NCBI GenBank assembly: GCA_951406725.2
Contig: OX597819.1
Span: forward strand, 59,334,001 to 59,398,000
Direction: 5' to 3'
Source of the DNA: Octopus vulgaris
Lineage: Eukaryota
DNA length: 64,000 nucleotides
Below the pieces are notes generated by a model that had not been told where the DNA came from, searched no databases, and was given only the letters and a program-made list of their open reading frames with translations. This document shows positions 13,126 through 25,702 of the stretch, piece after piece. The translations under genes were made by a program, and so were the position numbers. Within the stretch, counting starts at the first letter, position 1. Every line of letters starts with the position of its first letter.

Positions 13126-13536
13126 ATGCATATATGGGTACAGGACATCACCAATGGTGCAAATAATATGAAATACATAAATAAAGGAGTTAAATAGGTA
13201 AACGAGAAAAAAATGGAAAACAGAACAAGTAAACACAGAGAAAGAATCCTTCATCAGTTGTCAGCTGTCTATCTAGTCCTCATTTCAAGCATTCAACGAC
13301 AATATGAGTCTTGAAAGACAGATGCTCCCATAAATTCTAAAATAAAATTTAGGATTTATGGAGGGTCAAAGTGGGAACAAAAACATGGCAGTAGAGACAA
13401 ATAAGGAAACCGAATGAGAAAAAACATGGAGGGTCCTTAGACCAGAACGTGAGGAAAATAGTGAACACTGTGAGAAACATTTATAAATATACATATATAT
13501 ATACACACATATATATTACACCTATTTTATTCATCC

Positions 13537-13575
<39 letters not shown>

Positions 13576-13737
13576 GCAGAGTGAACGGTTGGAATAACTG
13601 TCTAAGGGATAATAGAATCCATTTTTACTATCGGTATCATTTACCTATGCTATCCCTGGACATGGGAATGCAAGTACACTATGCTCAAAGGGTACAGGTA
13701 ACTACAGAATAAACAAAAGTTTATCAGGAATCAAATT

Positions 13738-13894
13738 TAAATAAGCAGAAAATCAAGAAAACTCTTGATCAACAACCAAACAAACTGACCAACATCGGTT
13801 GATTATTTTTTAATACAAAGCAAAAATAATCAACTGATGTTAGTCAATTTGTTTGTTTGTTGATCAAAAGTTTTCTGCATTTTCTGCTTATTTA
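13738..13894. repeat. ~72-bp-arm inverted repeat
   Basis: 13738-13809 is the near reverse complement of 13823-13894. Confidence 0.85.
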
Positions 13895-13999
13895 TATATA
13901 TATATATTATCTGTCTGGATATTTTGCATTCTTGTCCCATTTTTGTATTATTTCTATATAATAAGAGACTTTGGTCTCTTATATGTAAGTATATATATC

Positions 14000-14699
14000 T
14001 AAATTTTGTATGACTCTATTATTCTTTCTATTCTTTCATTCTTTCCTTCTTTCTTTCAGCCCTTTCACACTTCGTTCATTCCATTCTTTGTTCTTTCGGT
14101 CCCCCTCTCTCACATTTCCTGGCCTTCTCTTCATGCTCAATTTCACTTCACTGTTTCTCTTTCATTCCTTTCTTGCCCCTCCTTAATTCTTCTATCATTC
14201 TGCCTCTACCTCTCTCTCTCTTCTCTCCCCAAGTGACTGGTATGTGGCCAGGCCTGACCTTTCTTTCTTGGTTCAACTACCATCTGTGCAACATCTATAT
14301 TCCTCCCTGTGCCTGTTAAATCTTATGACTCTGCCATAAGGCTTTACTTCCACACACACCAGCTTAATTTAATTTGTTCTTAGTCGAAAGACACCTGTTG
14401 TTATGTCCTGTTAATTGCATTTGTATTTGTATAACATTCTGTTTTTTCCGTCCTTGTTTACATATACATTCACTGCTTTCTTCCAAGGAATCTAATGCTC
14501 TTAGCTTACTTTTTCCTTGGTGCTGGCCAGATTGGAGCAATCTTGAGTATAACCAGCTGTAATTGCAAAGATAATCTGGAACTCGACTGAGGATAGAAAA
14601 CTCCGAATGACCCATCCTTGTTTTCTTTGTATCGTCTGTCTGGATGCTTTGTTGTCCCTTTTTTGTATCTGGATGTTTTGCTTTCTTGTCCCATTTTTG

Positions 14700-14705
<6 letters not shown>
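14000..14705 (+). mobile_element. Structured dispersed repeat family P2 (probable PLE 3' end)
   Basis: CT-rich tract then a conserved block also at 52490-52810 (-) and, as an inverted pair, at 32845-33140; abuts (TA)n. Confidence 0.65.
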
Positions 14706-14741
<36 letters not shown>

Positions 14742-14830
14742 CGGGAGAATTCACAAAAAAACAAAAGACAAAGACAGGTGGTGTAGACAACAAACAGATG
14801 TATTAGTATAACGCTCGGGAATTGAAAAAG

Positions 14831-14867
14831 TCTTTAACGTTTCGAGCCTACGCTCTACCACAGAAAG
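14831..14867 (-). ncRNA. Minimal HHR variant (CUGUGG core) in a PLE 3'-end fragment (14740-14930)
   Basis: CTTT-CTGTGGT-A-GAGC gtag GCTC-GAAA-CG-TT-AAAG; paralog of 25801-25838. Confidence 0.6.
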
Positions 14868-15506
14868 GAACACAGAAAGAAACATGGAGAGAAAATAAAG
14901 AATGTGTAGTGGCTAGCAATCTATCGCGGCACCTTGGGCAAGTGTCTTCTACTATAGTCTCAGGCCAACCAAAGCCCTGTGAGTTGATTTGGTAGACAGA
15001 AACTGAAAGAAGCCCGTCGTATATATATATATGTTTATATAGATGTACCCATACATACGCATACCTATGTATCTACATCTATACATGTGCATATATATAT
15101 GCATGTGTGCATGTATAAATGTATGTCCACATACATATATTTGTGTACATTTTTTTAGATCGATGAAATCATTTTATTGAATGTAACATATGTGCCTATT
15201 TTTGGGTGCATGTGAAATTGATAAATATTATTTATGATGAAAAATTTCATTTCATTTTCATTAAAATACTGGTGAATTCAGAGCGCACTGCAGTGTTAGC
15301 CACCTCTAAGTGTCACTCACTGCCACTCCATTTGTTGTTTTACTCTGCTTTCCCTAGCATCTTCGAAGCAAAGCCTTTAAATGTTATCCACCTGCTTTAG
15401 CATCTCTCACTGTCACCCACTCCCATTTCGTCTGTTGTTTTACTATTCTTTGCCTCCGGCATGACCGACAGGGACACAGTAAATGTTTTATTATATGTGT
15501 TATATA

Positions 15507-15716
15507 AGCGAGCTGGCAGAATCGTTAGCAAGCTGGACAGAATGCTTAGTGGTATTTCATCTGTCTCTATGTTCTGAGTTCAAATTCCGCCGAGTTGACT
15601 TTGCCTTTCATCCTTTCAAGGTCGATAAATTAAGTACCAGTGAAACACTGGGGTAGATGTAATTGATTTGTCCCCTCCCCAAAAATTTCAGGCCTTGTGC
15701 CTATAGAAGAAAGGAT
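15507..15716 (+). mobile_element. SINE S2
   Basis: Aligns to 619-831; further copies at 880-1075(-), 9550-9740, 16061-16274, 50485-50711(-), 60237-60450. Confidence 0.88.
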
Positions 15717-15740
15717 TTATTAATACTACTACTACTATTC

Positions 15741-16017
15741 ATCATCATCATCATTTAGCGTCCGCTTTCCATGCTAGCATGGGTTGGACGGTTCAACTGG
15801 GGTCTGGGAAGCCAGAAGGCAGCACCAGGCCCAGTCTGATCTGGCTATGTTTCTATGGCTGGATGCCCTTCCTAATGCCAACCACTCCGTGAGTGTAGTG
15901 GGTGCTTTTTACGTGCCACCGACACAGGTACCAGACGGGGCTGACAAACGGCCACGGTCGGATGGTGCTTTTTACGTGCCACCGGCATGGGGGCCAGGCG
16001 AGGCTGGCAACGGCCAC
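15741..16017 (-). mobile_element. RTE 3'-UTR copy (R1)
   Basis: (ATC)n then reverse complement of the 24250-24530 region; more copies at 21587-21782, 23397-23675, 39702-40036, 51494-51990, 55155-55478. Confidence 0.88.
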
Positions 16018-16053
<36 letters not shown>

Positions 16054-16550
16054 CACCATTAAGGTGGTGGGCTGACAGAACCATTAGCACACCAGATAAA
16101 ATACTAAGTGGCATTTCCTTCATCTTACGTTGTGAGTTCAAATTGTTCTGAGGTCGACTGTGCCTTTCATCCTTTTGGGGTTGATGAAATAAGTACCAAG
16201 TGAGCACTGGGGTCAATGTAATCGACTATCCCACTCCCCCCAATTTCAGACCTTGTGCCTATAGTAGAAAGGATTATTTTTTTTTCCCTTCTTTCTTCAA
16301 ATTTTCTTCCATTTCTCGCAGTGTTTCTATACACCTAGGACAGAGAAGCTCATTGTATGCATTCCTAGATTACACACGCAAATTCACAGGTAAAATATGT
16401 ATTTAAAAAATTAATAAACAAATAAATTCATGAATGGATGTTGTTTTCACGGCGATAATGCTCTTCTCAGTACATTAGTTGTTCCAGTTAACACGATTTT
16501 TTGCACTTCCTGTAGGGATGGTAAGCCTGGTATCATTATTATTATTACTA

Positions 16551-16583
<33 letters not shown>

Positions 16584-19500
16584 GCTTATTATATCAAGGA
16601 AGTAATTTTCCAACTCACCCTCATTATTTATGAATAACATGCAATTAAAATGGTGCTCTGTGTTTATAAATTAGTTGTTCTAACAATATCGGTATATGCC
16701 AGAATTTAATCCTTTAGTACTTAAACTGGCCGTATCTGGCCTCTTGCACATACCCTATAATGTCATTCTACAAATAAATTCATATCTGATGGTGAGCATG
16801 CTTAGATCTATCACATCATGTCAAGACAAGGAGAAACAAACACTCACGCACATGTGTGTGTGCATCATCATCATCATCGTTTAATGTATGCTTTCCATAT
16901 TGGCATGGGCTAGATGGTTGGACATGGAGCAAGGTAGTACAGAGCTGTCTAGATTCTAATTGTCCATTGTGGCATGATTTCTATGACTGGATACCATTCC
17001 TAATGCCAAGCAAGGCACTTGACCTAGAGGTTAGGTGTGTTGCACTCATGATTGTGGTTTTGATGCCCAGACGGACTGGCTGCACCATTCTGTTTTTGAG
17101 CAAAGCATTTCATTTCATGTTGGTCCAGTCCACCTAGCTGTAAATTAGTAACCCTGCAATGGACTAGCCTTCTAACTAGGGGAACGTTGGCCCACTTGCC
17201 CAGCCAGTGTGGTGGCACCATTCGAAAACTAATCGCATTGTGATCAGCAATGTAAAACAACATCCAAAAGTATGGTCGATCACATGATCATGTGATATAT
17301 GTTAACACATGATATGCTTCTTTCAGTTGCCATCAACTAAATCTACTCGCAAGACTTTGTTCGGTCCAGGGCTATAGTAGAAGACACTTGCTCATATTGT
17401 CAAACAGTGAGACTTATTCCAAAACCTCACGGTGGGACAAAAAAAACTTCTTAATCACATAATTTTCTCAAAATGGAAACAAAATAAGGCACACAGCATT
17501 ATAAGCCGCACCTTAATTTTGGCAGGTCCATTCTTAAACCACCATGTACTAGCAACCTAAATCCTGACCTTGAGTTTAACAGATGTAAACTGATTTTCTA
17601 AGATTTCTATTTGGTTAAAAAAAAAAAAAAGTGTGCCTTGTAAGCCATCAAATATGGTATTTAATGTCTTCTATCTCAGTTTTTAATTCTGAGTGTTAAC
17701 AATTTATAGTGGCAGACAGTAAAAATACATAAAATTACTTTTTAGGCACTGTATCTTCCTCTATTGGCTTGTACAAATCTGTATATGAACAAAAATTCCA
17801 AGATTAGAATCTACTATGAAAATGAGGATTTCCGACTCTAATTGACATATTCTTGACTTAAGTTGCTTCCTCCCTCTTAAATGCTACCATAAATCAAAAC
17901 AACTCCAGTTTAAGCAAAAAAAAAAAAGTACCATGTGTTCTAGAAATCCTGTATTACTCTATTTGCTGTGACAAACACAGTTTATTCAGCTGAAACCATT
18001 CTTATTTTGAGTTGTTAGTGTTCAGAAGGAATTTCAACTAAAAAAGGTAGTTCCAAAACTGAAATGTTTAACCATTCCATTTTGGGGATAACATAAGTAT
18101 GTAACATCTCAAGGGCCCACATAACAGTAAAGGATCAAAAGGCCAAATCATTTGTTTGAAGATGATGTATTTTCTAGTATTTCAACAGATAGACCTAGAA
18201 TAAACCTTAATATCTATGCTCCAAAAATTAACATCTAGTATTAATGTCAACAACTTGTAATATATTTATCTCTGCTGTTGAAGAAAGAAATCCAACGTGT
18301 AGTCACTATTTAACCCTAGGTCAGGCCTAACTGAGTGGCCCTTTGATGAAAGGTATTCCAGCCATGATCATTTTCCCCAGACATATTTACGACTACATTA
18401 TTCTGTATGGTCCTTCATTTTTTTTTAAAGATGGTAGGGTATGATATGAGGTTAAATTTGGCTACTAATTCTAGTAGCTAAATTCATATCCTAACTTTGT
18501 TGGCTTTTGTAATACATATCAAGACTGTTCAGCTGAAATTTTTTTTTATGTAACACAAAAATGTAACAATCTAATGTAAGTCTGATGTGATGAGCTAATG
18601 ATACATATGTAATTTATACAGTCCTGATGGTCATTTGCTGTTTAAACAGACAATTGACACTGTTCCACTCTTGAAAGTGACTCATACAAGATCATCCTAC
18701 AATATGTACTCAAATCTCCTAATGAGACTGCACTACTCATTTTGTTAACATTTATCCCTTACCAAAAGGATATAGGGGAGTATACTAAGCACTGTAGGCT
18801 CCCTTAGATTAAAGGATAAAAATAGCTGAGTGAGGTTAGTGGTGCTCATGTCCAAATTCAATTCATCATTATAATTATCACCAATATCTGTTTCCTATGT
18901 TCATCTCTGTCCAAGTCAATTTTTATCTGGAGTTACTGCCCACTCAGAGAGCTGCACTTTGCTCATACATTCTATTTAGGGTATAGTTTCTGAGGAAGAG
19001 CTTGATGCCCAACTGTACAGCAAACACTTTGCAGGGTATACTGGGTGTATCTTATCATGGCACCAGCACTAAAGAGGCTATCCGGTCATTTGTGTGACTA
19101 AAGAGTCTTCTCTACTCTACAATGCCTTCAATCAAATACCAGCCACTTTACAGAGTATAGGTTGCATGTTTTGAGGCACCAACATCAGTGAGATTGCTCT
19201 GCTCCCTGCAAGACCAAGTAGTCTTCTGTACTCTTCATAATCTCAATCCTTTTCAAAGTAAAAGTAATCAAGAATGTGAATAGAAAGGGAATAATGATCA
19301 AGGGTGTCAAAACGAGAGAGTATGATTATCAGTGATAGGGAGGGAAACAGAATGATGGGATGTTAGGAGAGTGGGGAGGGAAAGGAGAAGAAGCTGGTTA
19401 GTGGTAATTGATAGGAGGTTAAAAAGAAAACCAGCATAAGCAACTTGACAGAATAACAATAGAGATGTCATGCATCAGTGGTAGATAGCAACAGAAATTC

Positions 19501-19910
19501 TGTTGGTAACAGTAATAGATGTCAACAAAGATTCACAATGGGAAGGGAGAGAATGATGGATAGCAACAGAGGGTGACAGGAGTGGGGTTCATGGGGAATG
19601 CGGGCAGATCCTGTGTCATTTCTTGCTACACAGGTATCAGGATGGAAGAGAGGAGAGGTAGAATGATAATGGCTGATGGTAGATGCCATCCCTTATTACA
19701 GACAGTATGGTACAATATTAAACAGGATTAATGCAGATTGGTGCCTGGTGGGGAAAACATAGACTGGGAGGGAGTTCCTGAGAGCAATATTATAGAGAAG
19801 AATAGAGAAACATGGTTAATATGGAGTCTGGTGGGTGATACAAGATGAAGTGACAGTGCAGCTGAGCACTGTATACAACAAACACATTATTAGTATTATT
19901 AGAATGTGAG

Positions 19911-20125
19911 TTAACCATTTTGATACCAACCTGCTCTGGTTCTGTAGTATAAATGTCTTGTTTTTAAAAGTTCTGAATTAAAATCTTCCACCAAACCTTA
20001 GTCTCAATTTATGTTCCTAACACTAGCTTAACGACAACTAAGTTATTTTACTAAATTCTTTGTTATATTTTAAATTAATTGAAGCACAGAGCATCTTAAC
20101 AGAAATGTGATAACAAAGGGGTTAA
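19911..20125. mobile_element. piggyBac-type MITE
   Basis: TTAA-CCATTTTGATACCA ... TGATAACAAAGGGG-TTAA; related decayed copies near 3600-3750, 4150-4371 and 57080-57290. Confidence 0.7.
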
Positions 20126-20622
20126 GAGAATTTGTTAATTTGAGGATGTTATATAAAGTCAATAAGTTCAAGAGTGATGGTTATTGTATCAATGATAAAG
20201 GAGGCTGAGTAAGAATAAAATTTTGATATAACACAGTGTTGAGGATGCGCTATTGTATATGTATGTGCAAGAGGTAAACAGAAATAGGGTGAGAGAGAGA
20301 GAGTTTGCAATTCGAAATTTTTTCGTATTGTTATTGATACAAATGCTAAGTTTATGGTGTTTAGTATGACAGAAAGAGAAAGAATAAAAGAGAAAGAAGT
20401 AGAAGAAAAGAGGTAAAGAAGGATATAAAGTAGAAAGGATTACACAGAGACATAACAGGGAAAAGCTGAGCCAGATAATGTCAATGCATATAGAACAAGA
20501 GTTACTTAATATAAACTTCACGATTCTCAGTATGTGTGGAGACACACACACATGGATTTGTCTATAAAAATGTCTGACAATACTCTGCAAACCTCCGTTA
20601 TTTGTTTGTATTTCATAATTAC

Positions 20623-20788
20623 TTGAAGTAGAACTTCCCCTAAGTATGAAAATAAAATTGTTTGTTGATAGTCATGTCCACTTGTATATGTGTCATCTTT
20701 CACTTTACCATTTCCTGTTATCAAGTCTCTAAACTGTTTCAATTGTTTCCTATTAACTACTTCTAAAGCTAAATAATTTGAATTAAGA
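20623..20788 (-). CDS. Possible isolated host coding exon, product unknown
   Basis: Pyrimidine-rich acceptor CTTCTTTTGTTGTTTTCAAG, 166-nt open frame LNSNYLALEVVNRKQLKQFRDLITGNGKVKDDTYTSGHDYQQTILFSYLGEVLLQ, donor CAA|GTAATT; no homolog recognised. Confidence 0.2.
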
Positions 20789-20991
20789 CTTGAAAACAAC
20801 AAAAGAAGAGGTCTAAGAAATTCTTTACTACTATATTATAACTCAAGAGAAAACACTTAATTTGCTAGATTCCATCAATGAAACTGAGACAGATAAAATT
20901 CTTGCTTTATATTGAAATCACCAGTGTTAAGAAGGATTTCCAACTACAAAAATGAACTGCAGTGTTTATGTGTTTCTCTATGGGACAGAAT

Positions 20992-21391
20992 CAGTGCTGG
21001 ATTAACCATTAAGCAAAATAAGCACGTGCTTAGGGCATCAAGGGAAGGAGGGGGGCACCACAGAAACGGTAAATGGTTTACATCATGAAAGAAATCACTT
21101 TAAACTTGCTAAAATAATATTCGAGATGTCTTTCTCTACTAAGTATAGATGCAGATGTGTTACCTAAGATTAATTTTGAGGAGCTGATCAAAGACTTTGC
21201 AATTCAAAAGAACAGGAGGAAACTTTTCAAATATAAATAAAATGGAAGTATACAAAAATAAACATTATTTTCCCTCTTACTGTTTTGTTTCGTTTTGAAT
21301 AAAATTTATTTTATGGTTTGTTACTGTTTATATTTTGAATTACATAATCTTTTAAGTGCTTAGGGCCTCGATGGGTCTTAATCCGGCCCTG
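20992..21391. mobile_element. hAT MITE
   Basis: TIRs CAGTGCTGGATTAA / TTAATCCGGCCCTG; 8-bp TSD GACAGAAT / GATAGAAT. Confidence 0.9.
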
Positions 21392-22348
21392 GATAGAATA
21401 ACTATACAGTAATCTCATGGTAACTGAAAATATCAGCTGAAAAATCAAAAGGTTATATCGTCACTCTAATGACAGTATTAGAAAGGATTTTTAATTGTAA
21501 AATATACAATCCAAAAATGTATTAGAACAAAAGAAGCAAATGGGGAATTATTGCCTACAACATCCATGGATCCATAAAGTAACTGCATCATCATCATCAT
21601 CATCATCGTCGTTTAGCGTCCGTTTTCCATGCTAGCATGGGTTGGACGGTTCTACTGGTGTCTGTGAAGCCAGAAGGCTTCATCAGGCCCAGTCAAATCT
21701 GGCAGTGTTTCTACGGCTGGATGCCCTTCCTAAAGCCAACCACTCCGTGAGTGTAGTGGGTGCTTTTTACGTGCCACCCGCACAACATATCTCTCTTTAA
21801 TCTTTTACTTGTTTCATTCATTAGACTGTGGCTATGCTGGAGTGTCACCTTAATGTATTTAGTAAAACAAATGAACCCCAGTACTTATTTATTTATTTAT
21901 TTATTTATTTTTAAGTCTGATACTTATTCTATCAGTTTCTTTTGCTGAAATGCTAGGTTATAAGGACATAAACAAACCAATACCAGTGTCAAGGGATTGG
22001 GGACAAAAACAAACAGACATGCCACATGTGGGATTTTACACAATTTCCCCGACCAAATTCACTTACAAGGCGTTGGAGCATTCGTTAGCTTGGGGCTATA
22101 ACAGATGACACTTACCCAAGATGCCATGCTATGGGACTGAACCTAAAACCACATAGCTACAAGTGAGCTTCTTAACCACACAACCATGTGTGTTCATAGC
22201 TCAAGTTTAATTATATTAAGTGGATGATTTTCTTTGGTTAGAATACCACTCAATCACCCATAACATTTCAAGATCAGGTACCCCTGTTTCCAAGAACAGG
22301 GTGAAAAGACACACATCAAATTGTGTATCCTGACTATGAAAAAAATGT

Positions 22349-22760
22349 AGGCATGTAGGGATGGCTGTGCAGTAAGACGCTTGCTTTCCAACCACATGGT
22401 TCTGGGTTCAGTTCCATCACATGGTACCCTGAGCAAATGTCTTCTACTATAACCTTGAGCCAACCAATGCCTCGTGAGTGGATTTCGTAGAAGCAAACCG
22501 AAATAAACATGTTGTGTGTGTGCATGTGTGTCTTTGTGTTTGTCCCCACCACCGCTTGACAACCAGTGCTGGTGTGTTTAAACCTCCATAACTTAGTGGT
22601 TCAGCAAAAAGAGACTGATAGAATAAATACCAGGCTTTAAAAAATAATAAGTACTGCAGTTGATTCATTCGACTAAACAAAAATGTATTCAAGGCAGTGC
22701 CCCAGCATGGCCACAGTCTTATGACTGAAACAAGTAAGTAAGTAAATAAATAAATAAATA
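22349..22760 (+). mobile_element. SINE S1 (older subfamily)
   Basis: Aligns end to end with 8217-8665, (TAAA)n tail. Confidence 0.85.
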
Positions 22761-23678
22761 AAAATCAACTATTGAATTGAAAAGAATTCCTGTGATTTGG
22801 CAATATTATCAACATCAAAGAATGGGGAATAGCAGAATCTATAGACAAAATGCTTTAGGGTAATTAACCACATCCCTTTACATTTTAAGCTGAAATCCCA
22901 CTAGATTCTGCTTTGCCTTTCATCTAATCAAGTACCAGTAGCTTCAGGTGGGGGTGTGATTTAAACGACTGTGCCCTACAACAAAATTTCTGGTTTGATG
23001 TCAGAAATGTTAAAAATCAATAATAGTTCAACATCAGAAATATATTTAAGAAACTAAACTTTCAGAACAACTAAATATATGCTAGCATTAAATTTTTTTT
23101 TTAAATGAGGTACAAAATATAATTTCTGAAAATAATTACACAATTCCTTTACTCTGTCTTCCAGGGAAGGCAAGGGTAGGCAACTAATATCTTGTTTTCT
23201 GATGCTAATTTGGAAAATTATATATCTAAATTCAAGTATCTAGTTTTATTTGTATTTTTTTCCTTCTTTAAGATGGCTTTCACATTTCCAAAGTAAGTTG
23301 AAGAAGAAAAGAATATTCCACAAGAAACCAGAGATGGTAGAACAAGCTAACTACTTCTCAGATGAGAAAAATATGGAACAAGTAGTTTTATATATATCAT
23401 CATCATCGTTTAACATCCGCTTTCCATGCTGGCATGGGTTGGACAATTTGACTGAGGACTGGCAAGCCATATGGCTGCACCAGGCTCCAATCTAATCTGG
23501 CAGAGTTTCTACAGCTGGATGCCCTTCCTAACACCAACCACTCCAGGAGTGTAGTGGGTGTTTTTGCGTGAGGGCCAGTCCTACGGTACTGGCAATGGCC
23601 AAGCTCAAATAGTGTTTTTTATGTACCACCTGCACAGGAGCCAGTCCAGCGATACTGGCAACGACCTCGCTCGAATAT

Positions 23679-23717
<39 letters not shown>

Positions 23718-23727
23718 ACCTAAGAAG

Positions 23728-23767
<40 letters not shown>

Positions 23768-23774
<7 letters not shown>

Positions 23775-24532
23775 ACCTAAGAAGCATCAGTTGTGGTGTG
23801 CAAGAGAGACGATTGCGCTGGTATGGTCATGTGGCCAGAATGGATGAAGATAGGTGTGTGAGAAAGTGCCAATCCCTAGCAGTTGAGGGAGCCCATGGAA
23901 GAGGTAGACCCAGGAAAACCTGGGATGAGGTGGTGAAGCACGACCTTCGAACTTTAGGCCTCACTGAGGAAATGACCAGCGACCGAGACCTCTGGAAATA
24001 TGCTGTACGTGAGAAGACCAGGCAGGACAAGTGAGCCCAGCCCACTTATGAATGCCTTTCCTCCCTTGGACACAGAGACCTGTTGAGGCAAGCGAAGTCG
24101 ATATAGAACCTCATCCGACGACAGGCACCCATGCCAACCCCCTTTGCTTGCGAAGACATGTTGGGGCAAGCGAAAGCGAAATCGAATTGAACCAGCCAGG
24201 ATCCCTGGTCTGGTGGTACGTAAAAAGCACTATCCGACTCGTGGCCAATGCCAGCGCCGCCCCAACTGGCTTCTGTGACGGTGGCACATAAAATACACCA
24301 ATCCGACCGTGGCCGTTGCCAGCCTCGCCTGGCACCTGTGCAGGTGGCACGTAAAAAGCACCCACTACACTCACGGAGTGGTTGGCGTTAGGAAGGGTAT
24401 CCAGCTGTAGAAACATTGCCAGATAAGACTGGAGCCTGGTGCAGCCTTCTGACTTCCCAGATCCCCGGTCGAACCGTCCAACCCATGCTAGCATGGAGAA
24501 CGGACGTTAAACGATGATGATGATGATGATGA
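23768..24532 (+). mobile_element. 5'-truncated RTE LINE: ORF C-terminus (to 24034) plus complete 3' UTR
   Basis: VQERRLRWYGHVARMDEDRCVRK..EGAHGRGRPRKTWDEVVKHDL..DRDLWKYAV*; (GAT)n tail; shows that R1 repeats are this LINE's 3' UTR. Confidence 0.93.
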
Positions 24533-25378
24533 TATATATATATATAATGTGTGTGTATATAAATATATTTATTTATTTATTATGTTGTGTAGTTTTCCAG
24601 GAAATATCAAGATTGTCTGGAATGATGCTGTTAATAAGATTATGATTTAATCAAGTGTTAACCTGGTCTTTATAGCATATAATTACAGCTACATAACATT
24701 TTGATCACTTTGATCTTAGATCATCATAAGGTGTGTTATTCCTAAATATGTAGACACAGTTTCAGACTGAATTCCAAAATTAGGAACTTTTATTTCTAAA
24801 CTAAAAGTAATAAGTTTTTTATGCCACTGATGAATGTACATGTTATAAATATAGACTTTAAAGATAAAGTTAATAGTCTAGAAAATCCTAACCTTAAATA
24901 CTCATATATTCTGAAAGTTGATGCCACTCTGGTTTCTTTGCTGCAATTTTTTTTCATCTACTGATACTCATATTTAACCTTCCTGTGAGCCAATTCTACG
25001 ATTCCTTGTTGTAATCATTTCTCTTTATATAAGATGTTAATAGCTCTGAGAAAGGCACAATAATATTTGTATAAGATATCTGTATAATATTTCTGCAAAA
25101 AAAAAAACCCCTGAATTTACCAGGCTGGTAATTCGTAAATATACCAGAAAATTCAAGAAAATTAACTGAAGTCCTACACAGTATAGTTAAATAATCCTAG
25201 CTATTTATATTCATTATTTATAAGTACAGGCTTAGCATAAGGTTAAGAAGTTTCCTTTCTAGTCACATTGTTTAGGGTTCAGTCCCACAGCATGACATCT
25301 TGGGCAAGAGTCTTTTTCTAGAGCTCTGAGGTGACCAAAACCTTTTAAGTGGAGCTGATGGACAGAAAATAAAAGAAA

Positions 25379-25420
<42 letters not shown>

Positions 25421-25702
25421 GGCACAGGCATGGCTGTGTGGTAAGGAGCTTGCTTTCCAACTACATGGTTCAGGATTCAGTCCCACTGCATGGCACTTTG
25501 GCCAAGTGTCTTCTATTATAGTCTTGGGCTGACCAAAGCCTTGATTGAATTTGGTAGATGGAAACTGAAAGAAGCCTGTCTTATGTGTATATATATATAT
25601 TAATATTTAGCAGCTTCTGCCAAATATTAATACAAATATACATATACTCATATTTTGAGTTCTATTTTTCCTGTTTACATCACCATACCTATATATATAT
25701 AT

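Noticed and set aside
13245-13300. Minus-strand GAAA...CTGATGA-AGG, also at 33655-33712, suggesting a type-II HHR
   Set aside because: No stem I hairpin or valid stem III/UH could be formed in either copy
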